A stretch of 61,508 nucleotides of DNA, the filler included, from Globobulimina sp. (lineage: Eukaryota): the NCBI GenBank assembly GCA_003354225.1. It is 12 parts of 12 records of this genome, joined end to end, with 100 filler letters (N's around TTAATTAATTAA, not from the genome) between each part and the next. Parts side by side here need not be neighbours in the genome. Positions count along the whole stretch, not along the records: positions 10,294 to 15,337 come from PIVH01000761.1; positions 15,438 to 20,477 come from PIVH01000762.1; 10 more parts are not named here. The stretch is one strand, 5' to 3'. Every line of letters starts with the position of its first letter. Position 1 is the first letter of the stretch. The notes below the pieces were generated by a model. That model was given only the letters and a program-made list of their open reading frames with translations, was not told the DNA's origin and did not search any database. Positions 12,198 through 20,577 of this stretch are shown piece after piece. A program made the translations under genes and the position numbers.

Positions 12198-13112
12198 ATG
12201 TCTTTGATTCAAGCTACACAATGCGCAAATATCGCAAGCCTGCTAAACCAGGATGGATTGCACGATACGACGTTTATTATTGGTCCACAACAGAAAGAGT
12301 TTAATGTAAATCGTTTGTTTTTAGCAGCAATCAGTCCCGTATTGAAAGCAATGTTATTTGGTCAAATGAAGGAAAGTAAATCAGCGTCAAACATAACAAT
12401 CGAGGATATTGATGAAGATGCATTTGAATCAGTGGTTAATTTCGCATATTGTGCTGATCCATCAATAACAATGAATAATGTATTAGCAATAATTCGCGTC
12501 AGTGACAAGTATCAGATCTCATCATTGTCGATTATTTGCGATGAATATTTATTATCGACAGTGAATGGCAATAATTTATGTAAATTAATACATGATTCCA
12601 TGCAATTAAAGGTTCATAATCTAACTAAAATATGTCAACAATGCATTAAAAAATGCTCCTCGCAAACTGATAAAATATTGTCGTCGAATGATTTCTTAAA
12701 AATGAATGTTGAATCAATGAAAGTATTGTTGCGGTCTGATTATTTGAGAGCAACTGAAGAGGAGATATTTGAGTATGTATTGAAATGGGTAGGTTTCCAA
12801 AGTAAATATCGATTGGATAAAAATATTAGGGTTAAAATACAAAATAACTGTCATGATGATGAAAAAGGCGATGATATTACCTGTGGACAGTATAAAATGT
12901 ATTTATTTGAGGCAATAAAACCATTGATAAGATTTGGATTGATGGATGGAGCATATTTTGTTAATAATGTAAAACCGCAAAAAATATTAAATGACGCGGA
13001 ATTGGTACAGGTTTTATGTTACTTTCAATATATTTCGAAAAGAACTGTCAAACTTTTCCTATTTTCAACTAAACAGAGCGAAGCGAGGTGTGGTCCGAGC
13101 GAAGCGAGGTGA
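12198..13112 (+). CDS. BTB/POZ-BACK domain protein, C-terminus probably cut by a repeat
   Basis: 'DTTFIIG...FNVNRLFLAAISPVLKAMLFGQMKES', 'EEEIFEYVLKW', 'IRFGLM'. The last codons come from a GAGCGAAGCGAGG repeat. Confidence 0.85.
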   Translation: MSLIQATQCANIASLLNQDGLHDTTFIIGPQQKEFNVNRLFLAAISPVLKAMLFGQMKESKSASNITIEDIDEDAFESVVNFAYCADPSITMNNVLAIIRVSDKYQISSLSIICDEYLLSTVNGNNLCKLIHDSMQLKVHNLTKICQQCIKKCSSQTDKILSSNDFLKMNVESMKVLLRSDYLRATEEEIFEYVLKWVGFQSKYRLDKNIRVKIQNNCHDDEKGDDITCGQYKMYLFEAIKPLIRFGLMDGAYFVNNVKPQKILNDAELVQVLCYFQYISKRTVKLFLFSTKQSEARCGPSEAR

Positions 13113-13154
13113 GTCTAACTAGAACTAGTTTAATTTTCCGAGCAGAGCGAGGTG
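13076..13154 (+). mobile_element. GAGCGAAGCGAGGTG repeat cluster, possible non-autonomous Helitron-like end
   Basis: Three copies (13076, 13097, degenerate at about 13138-13154) with CTAG/CTAGT at about 13119-13129. Helitron assignment is inference. Confidence 0.4.
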
Positions 13155-13438
13155 AAAACCGATATATTGATATCGATCGATTTTGTTGCTTTCAAAGGTT
13201 TTCACAGAAAAGGAAAAAGTTGTTGATGTTTTGCATAAAAACTGTATAGACATCAAAAAACTTTATGAGAAACACAATATTCGCAAAACATGATAGTTTT
13301 TCACTTTGTAATTTGCAGCAATGAATATTTCACAATTAGTTTTATTCAATTTCAATTCATGATTATTCGATTTTTATTAAATATTATTAACAGTTCTTTA
13401 GATCATTGTTGTCTGCAATGTATCAAGTTTGTATTCCA

Positions 13439-13744
13439 TTATGGGCCTCCACCTCCTATCCATTCTCGATCTCCATACTTATGATCTTCGCGATGCTCTC
13501 CACCCGCTCTCGAGTCTGCTTTTCGAGCTTTTTTCTTTTCCTTCGCAATGGTCCGATTAATAGTTTTCTGAATCAACTGCGACGACGTCTTCTCGTCCAT
13601 AATCTCGACATTGCACACATTCACATCGTTGCCATTTGCCTCCATTTAGTTGTCCATATTGTTCAGATTCCACTCATTTAGCTCCTCCCCTTTGCCGTAC
13701 ACATATTTCTGTCGCTCAATAATCGAGTCAATACAGTATCGCAT
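13439..13744 (-). pseudogene. Decayed unknown ORF
   Basis: Same-frame coding-like segments (MRYCIDSIIERQKY... / MEANGND...EWIGGGGP) separated by TAA at 13646-13648. Confidence 0.35.
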
Positions 13745-13860
13745 TTTTTCACATTGTCGAATTTGAAACTTACAAAACAAAACAAAAACTTTACTCTTTT
13801 TTTTTCTTCTCTCAAATGTTTGCCATGGATATTTGGATTTGGAGATAATAAACACAAAAA

Positions 13861-13994
13861 GTGCCGCTATAGAGGAAGCAACGTTGTTGACCCACCTGTC
13901 GCGATCCAATACGTCCATTGGTCAACTCCTAAAATAGGTTCAGCATTATTTACGGCCAAGCGCTGCCTATGTTGTGGATGTAGTTAAAGGGCAC
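13861..13994 (+). ncRNA. Candidate novel structured RNA, copy 2
   Basis: Closing stem GTGCC/GGCAC; stems GCTATA/TGTAGT, AGGA+GTTGACC/GGTCAAC+TCCT and ATAGG+CAGC/GCTG+CCTAT; T5 directly downstream. Confidence 0.5.
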
Positions 13995-14411
13995 TTTTTG
14001 TGGGACATTTGATGCTATTTGGTCTATTTCAGCGTGTGTTTCAAAACAAAAGCAAATTTATATTAACTGTTTGCATTATAACAAAATATACAGTGGATTC
14101 AATTCGCACAATCAGCTATTTTTAAATAAAGAATTCATGCATGCATGTGCCGCTCGTTATTATTTATTTGCTTATCGATCGAATTTAATTTAATGGTTTG
14201 TTTAATTCATTTGCTTATAATCCAAATCCTTTAAATGTTTTTGAAATAGTCAGTTTTTTTTCCAGTCTGTTCAATTCATCTTGTTCTAAAGTCTTAATGT
14301 CTGCAGGCAGTGATATATATTTATAAATAGCGCCGAATGTATCGAAATGTCTTCGGAATTTGCCTGGAATCGCTGACATCGTGGAATTATTTCTAAAAAA
14401 TGTTTAAATCC

Positions 14412-14680
14412 AAATCCGATGGCGAGCGATTAAAATAAAAACAAAAACAAACCGACAATGACAATAAATGCGCAGTGATTGAGTCTCGCAATGAATTTGC
14501 CAACAAATACCGTTGTCAAATTGAATAATTATTACAACAACAAATTAAATCCGCGACGAAAGTTTCCGGAATCGCATTGCCAAATTAAAAGGTCTAAACA
14601 CTTACGAATTGGATGAGTTCGATGACCACATTTACGGCAAAAACAACCTGCAAAGCAACCGGGAAAAGGGCCTGAAAAAG
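14412..14680 (+). pseudogene. Repeat Y, copy 2 (decayed unknown ORF)
   Basis: Direct paralog of 10741-11080 with different indels. Confidence 0.7.
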
Positions 14681-14681
14681 C

Positions 14682-15337
14682 GATGAGTATGGTGATGGTG
14701 GTGGTGATGGTTACGGCGATGGATACGGTGCTGAGCAGTTCCAAGAGGAAGAGAAAACATATCAGGAATTATGGCAGGAAGAGCTACTTCGATACGAAGA
14801 CCAATTGGCAAAAGAAGAGGAGATCCGGGAGAAAGCAGCCAAGCACGAAACCACATTCACGAGCTTAGCCTGGGAAAGAGGCGTATTTATCTCTCGCGAT
14901 TTGAAGAAGGGAAAAGTAAACATATTGGATAAAAACAACCAAAAACGGCAGTTGGCCATGAACGAAGTGATAATGCCCACCTCCGAGTTGAAGACCTTTA
15001 TCCCGGCCGAGGACGCCTTGAAGATTGAAAATATCGGCGGTACTATCAATTTGCGCGACTTCCACGACAATGAGTACACGATCGTGAGTGATGTGGCTGG
15101 CTTTGTCAAGTATTTGATCACTCCGTCGTGTTTGAACCGGTTGACGCGATTGGAGCGTTTCCCCAAATATGAGTTTGAAAATATGATAAACAACGAAGAA
15201 GTGCGCAATTTCTATGTATTGAACCGATTATTGTACGCCGCGCACGAATTGTTGATCAATGTGAATGACGGCACGGTGTTACGGAAAGGCAAGACAAAAA
15301 AGCAAGATTTCACCCGCGGTAAACAGCTCTGGGAGTA
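14682..15337 (+). CDS. Unknown ORF continuing from repeat Y (probably element-encoded), 3'-partial
   Basis: Open frame 'DEYGDGGGDGYGDGYG...EEEIREKAAKHE...KQLWE' running to the contig end; visibly more GC-rich than neighbouring genes; out of frame with the Y peptide. Confidence 0.5.
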
Positions 15338-15437
15338 NNNNNNNNNNNNNNNNNNNNNNNNNNNNNNNNNNNNNNNNNNNNTTAATTAATTAANNNNNNN
15401 NNNNNNNNNNNNNNNNNNNNNNNNNNNNNNNNNNNNN

Positions 15438-16042
15438 TCACATTTGAAACAGACGAAAAGTTCACACTCAGACAAGTTGAAAACGTTTGTTTTAATTCAA
15501 ATTTTAAGAGCGAGAGTGGAATAATTTTGACAGAGAATAATAAATGTTGTCAATCAGACACTAAATCTGGTTCTGATGTGTGGATAATTGCGGACATAAT
15601 ACCGGTTAATCTTGGCAGACATTGTTGGAGAGTACATACAATAAATCCAAATAGAAGGTATATATTATGGGGAATGAGTGAAATGAAAATGTATGACAAA
15701 GACAGGAGTAATGACACAATATACGGCATTTCAAATAATAATAGATATTGGCCATTCAATGCAAACATTTGCAAAAGAGAGCGGGTGAAATTAAGTAAAT
15801 TTATGGGTAAAGAATTTGCAATGGATATATTGATTGATTGTGAAAATAAAATGATAACATTTCGTGTTGTTGGTTATGATAATGATGATAATAATGCATG
15901 GATTATGATTGATGACAAATTAGGGGATACAGCATGGGTTCCACATTTTGAATTGGATGGTTGTCCAAATGGACCAAAATTGAGAATTTGTAAAATCCCA
16001 ATTGATTGGTTTGGAAAAGATAAAAAGAGTATTCTTTTATAG
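15438..16042 (+). CDS. SPRY/B30.2-like domain protein, 5'-partial
   Basis: 'GRHCWRV...ILWGM...MDILIDCENKMITF...WVPHF' beta-sandwich pattern; frame open from the contig start. Confidence 0.6.
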
Positions 16043-16374
16043 GGTCATTGTATTTGCTGTTTCAAATATGGAGGCTCCACAATAAAATGCAAATACAAAT
16101 ATAGAGTGTTGCAGAGTTAATGGAGCCTCATTTCATTAAATTGTATTTTAAATATCGCACATGTTCTACCTAGAGTACAACGGACAAATCCGCAAATCCG
16201 CACCTACAAATACAAACAGTTGCTTTCCAAAATTACTTTCTGTTATCGTAATAATACGAAGTGGGAAATTTAATCTGATGAGATGCTGAGACTTTTAATT
16301 ATAATATTGTTTTAATTTAATAATATTTGGAAACAATCAAACCAAAGAAAAATAGAGTCATTTATTATTGAACT

Positions 16375-17429
16375 TTATGAACCATGACCATAATGTAACG
16401 TAACCAATAAATATTTGTCGTTTTTTCCTTCTGTGGCATTTAAACATTTCATTTCAATGTCACAACCACCATAGAATTCATACCAAAAATCCCATTTATG
16501 CGATTTAGACTGTTATTAATATTGTAATATTGTATCGATATCAACAAAGAGAGAATAAACCAAACTTTATGATAAATGTCAACCAAATCCCGAAATGATA
16601 CACTTTGTTCCGCTTTAATAGTTTGATGTTCATAGCAATGTAAATAAATTTTACAATGATCTGCTCCGCGATGATCAATATTAATACCCATTGGATTTAT
16701 AAATTTAATGTCATATTCACGATTACATTCTAGATCTTCTCCAAGAAATATATTTTTTATTTTAAATTCTGATACAATTTCACATAAAGTATTAAAAATA
16801 TAAACTTCTTCTTCATTTCTTAACACTTCTCCATAACCACAAACACGGACATTTAAAACAGGCTTTCTATCATTTATATCACCATATTCATAGGTAACAT
16901 CATCGGGATTATCCGGTTTTATTTCCCATAACACATTCTCTCCCTCATTACAATGACACATTATATCTTCATCATACTCAGGTCTGTGCATTAAAACTTC
17001 CTCAAAGTTAAAGTATGAATAGGTCTCAGTGCTGGTATTGGATCTTTCACGATATTGTTTATTATTATACGTAATACTTTTTATCCCACACTTATTTCTG
17101 CCTATATTCTGCCAAAATGTATCAATTATTAATTTGACCATAATATTTGCATTATATTCAGTGGTAATATTATCCATAAATAATATTATTTTAGGTTCTG
17201 ATGTTAAATATAATGATATGAAATGTGATAAATCGGTCGGTAATTCTTTCCAAGTGGCGGACCTCAAACAAATCCATCCAAAATGTAATTTATCATTTTT
17301 ATTTATTTGATACAAGGAATTAACAATTTTATCTAATTTATTAGTATTTATTTCATTGTTGTCAGTTTTCAATCTCTTTGCTGGCGGCAAATCATCACTA
17401 GGATTCTTTCGCTTCTTTTTGTTTGACAT
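16375..17429 (-). CDS. Uncharacterised protein with N-terminal NLS and KSHKWDxWYE...HGS C-terminus, 2 exons
   Basis: NLS 'KKKRK...PAKRLK'. Phase-0 intron 16510-16565 gives the last exon SKSHKWDFWYEFY...LHYGHGS*. Confidence 0.7.
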
Positions 17430-17644
17430 TTTTGTATGTAGTGTGAGTGGTAAGCTGAGGTGTTTTTTTAATTTTCCACATTAATTTGGATTTACGCATG
17501 TTTAAATATTTTATCTACAAAGAAAGAAATGTTGAGAACAAAAATTACAATCAACTGTCTCTTTGAGATTTACCATAAGTATATATTAAAAAAAAAGAAA
17601 AAACAACAACAGCTTTCCACCACAGATAATACAATAAACTTTGA

Positions 17645-18409
17645 TTACAATGGAGGGAAATAACACATCTCAGCATATTGATCGTAAAATTTATATTCTT
17701 CTGTTTGTTGAAAGAGCATTGCTTCGGTTTGTTGATAATCATAATGATTATAAAGCGGATTTGGTAGAGTGAGTTGTGTGCTTCTCGCCGGAATAAAGTC
17801 TCTGTGGATCATAATTAAAAATGTGTTGTCTCTGTTTCCGTGAGTAATCGGACCGGAATTTTGTATCTCATTCAATATGTCTTCCTTTGTTGGTGCACTG
17901 ACACCGTAGTTGTATATAGTTGGTTTGATGTGGATTTCTATGTTATTTGCTACATTGTAATGTTTCGCTTTTTGCCAATGTTTTGTGTTTTGTCGATCAA
18001 TGACTTTCAATTTCTGTTTTTTATTTCTTTTGTGACACTTAAATTTTTCAATTCCAGCACAAGACGCTAAATGAACTTTGAGATTAAATCTTGTTCGCGA
18101 TTCATATTTGCACTCTTTTTTCAAACATTTATATGGTTTCATGTTTTTATGAATATAAGAATGAGATAAGATGTTCGGTAATGCATTTAAATTTTTATGA
18201 CAAATATGGCAAATGGCGGGATCTTTATATTGTTGTCTCATATGAGTAAATAAGTTGGTTCTGATCTTAAATGATTTATTGCATCGCGGACATTCAAATG
18301 CCTCTAATTCCAAATCGTGTTCGCAGATTGTTTTTTTAATATCTTCTAAGTTCGCTTCTTTTGCAGTTCTTTTTCTTGGATTTGTTTTTTTGTGGTTGCA
18401 AAGAGACAT
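17645..18409 (-). CDS. C2H2 zinc-finger protein
   Basis: 'FECPRCNKSF...LFTHMR', 'CHICHK...SHSYIH', 'KPYKC...C...LKVH' (three fingers, some degenerate). Confidence 0.85.
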   Translation of the reverse strand: MSLCNHKKTNPRKRTAKEANLEDIKKTICEHDLELEAFECPRCNKSFKIRTNLFTHMRQQYKDPAICHICHKNLNALPNILSHSYIHKNMKPYKCLKKECKYESRTRFNLKVHLASCAGIEKFKCHKRNKKQKLKVIDRQNTKHWQKAKHYNVANNIEIHIKPTIYNYGVSAPTKEDILNEIQNSGPITHGNRDNTFLIMIHRDFIPARSTQLTLPNPLYNHYDYQQTEAMLFQQTEEYKFYDQYAEMCYFPPL

Positions 18410-18546
18410 TGTTAGATGTGCTAAATAGTTGACTCAATTTTAGTAAATTGTTCACGTGTTACTTACGTAAAAACTAAAACGTCAATCGTTCGAATTCGAA
18501 AAAGTGAAATTGCAATGAAAACAAGGTGAAGCAAAGTCAGTTACAT

Positions 18547-19491
18547 TCATTGCACTGATTTACATTTTACACTATTAAACGCCTCATTGATTGCAACAAT
18601 GAAGCTGACCAAATCAAGCTGTTCTGGATCTACAGCGGTGGATATTCTTGCTTTCATAAATACTTTGTACATTGCGGACACTCTTTGATAATTCGCACGT
18701 AACGTTTCTACTAAATCTTGATGCTCATTCAAGATACACTCTGATTTATCCATCAAATCCCAAGATAACGTGACAGCCGTTGCGAGTCTCACCAATATGC
18801 CTTGTTGCTCTGCTGTGCCATTTTTGGCTTGTTCCAAAATCACTTCTTTTGCGGAATTAATTTGCGAAATCATTTGTTTTGCAACATCACTGGTGCTTGA
18901 TATCAAACTAGTGATGCAGCAAAATGTTGCGTTGATGATATTGAGTCTAATGACATTCTCTTTGATGAACAAAATTGCTAATATTTCAACCATTTCTTTG
19001 TCAGCATGCGCAGGGTAATGGGTCGTAAATATTACTAATTGACAGAATATATTCAAAAACACCGAATTCAAAACTGCAGCACATCTTTTTATAACAGCAT
19101 CCAATTTCCGTATACTGGACATTGGCTTTTTCATTAAAATCTGATATAAGATATCCAATGTATTATCATCTGCAATTTTGATGTGCGGCAAAAGTAATGC
19201 TATTTGAGATAATAAACGATCAAATTCATTGTCTAAGACAACTCTGTACGCAGACGTTGTTTGTACAATGGTGTGGAATCGCACATTGACCGCATTCATT
19301 TGCTTAATGTCCTTGCCTAAAAAGGTGAGAATATGATTAATGGTATCGGTTGATAGTGCACTAAATGCACCTAATGAATCGAAATTTGATTCAGTTAAAA
19401 ATATTGAAATTCTAACGTTCTCAGATGGGTTATTCACAATGTCGTCATTTATAATCATCGATTCTAATTCTGAAGAACAAGTCAATTCCAT
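18547..19491 (-). CDS. F-box-like plus helical (ARM-like) protein
   Basis: 'FSALSTDTINHILTFL...MNAVNVRFHTIV' F-box pattern, followed by an all-helical region. Confidence 0.5.
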   Translation of the reverse strand: MELTCSSELESMIINDDIVNNPSENVRISIFLTESNFDSLGAFSALSTDTINHILTFLGKDIKQMNAVNVRFHTIVQTTSAYRVVLDNEFDRLLSQIALLLPHIKIADDNTLDILYQILMKKPMSSIRKLDAVIKRCAAVLNSVFLNIFCQLVIFTTHYPAHADKEMVEILAILFIKENVIRLNIINATFCCITSLISSTSDVAKQMISQINSAKEVILEQAKNGTAEQQGILVRLATAVTLSWDLMDKSECILNEHQDLVETLRANYQRVSAMYKVFMKARISTAVDPEQLDLVSFIVAINEAFNSVKCKSVQ

Positions 19492-19689
19492 TTTAGTAGC
19501 AAGGCAGATACGTTTGATATTGTTTTTGAATTTTAGATTTTGTTTGAAAATTTAAATCCCGAATGTCCGACAGCGATTTTGCGATTTTATGTGCATGCTT
19601 CTGAATCTGCAGCTGCAGAATGGAATTTGGCCTGTAATTAATGTATAAATTAATCCTGGAGTCCACAATGTTGAGCAATGTCGATCGTA

Positions 19690-19798
19690 TAAAGATTTTG
19701 ATGCTCGACTATTTCTGTGATTATGTTCTACGTTTGCAAAAACATACATGATTGTGAATATGATTCAACAAAAAAAAAGTTGAGCGTCAAAATCTTTA
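19690..19798. mobile_element. MITE (109 bp, 21-bp TIRs)
   Basis: TAAAGATTTTGATGCTCGACT ... AGTTGAGCGTCAAAATCTTTA (19 of 21). A second, partial copy lies on another contig at 61289-61347. Confidence 0.8.
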
Positions 19799-20577
19799 AT
19801 GTCGTATCCTACGTTGGAAGAATACAAATGGCACAATATTCCTATGCTGATTCATGCAAGAAACCCTTGAAAGGATATTCGGAATTCAGAAGCTAGCGGC
19901 AAAACATACCAATCCACTCGCCAAGTATGCAATTAATAAACGGTTAACACTGGATAAAACCGGAAGATTTCGTTTCCAAACCAGGGCTCAATTATATTAC
20001 ATTAAACTGATTAAAGCCTGCTGAATGGTGACAATATGGTTTATAATTACTACCAGCGTTAATTATATGATTTATCAACATACATCGGCATCAATTGTTG
20101 GCTTTTATTGTTGGGAATTGCATGGAGTTTACTTATGCATCATTGGTTGACTGTGGCTCCTGCTGTGGGCATCTTATTAGGTGTGTTACACATATTTGAT
20201 CCATAAAAAAACTGTCTAATATAGATATTTTCTCACAATTGAAGTCCAAAAAGAACTATATTGATTATATGCTGCATTGTACATTCTTAACAAATCGTTT
20301 ATCGATTATATTTGGTATAATTATTTTATTATAATCCGTACTTTGATTATGGTTTATTAAAAACAATACAACGCATAATTATGAGGATGCGGACGCATTC
20401 TATCCACAAAAGTCTGTTTGCAATGAGTGTGCTTCATTATTTAGATAAAGTTTCGTCCGTTGCAGAAAGCCTAAAGCNNNNNNNNNNNNNNNNNNNNNNN
20501 NNNNNNNNNNNNNNNNNNNNNTTAATTAATTAANNNNNNNNNNNNNNNNNNNNNNNNNNNNNNNNNNNNNNNNNNNN

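Noticed and set aside
16068-16130. 9-bp inverted repeat GAGGCTCCA/TGGAGCCTC
   Set aside because: Too short, single copy and no TSD; cannot be separated from chance.
19840-20210. Hydrophobic coding-like remnant ending ...GILLGVLHIFDP
   Set aside because: Multiple stops and frameshifts and no family I can assign; too degraded to call.
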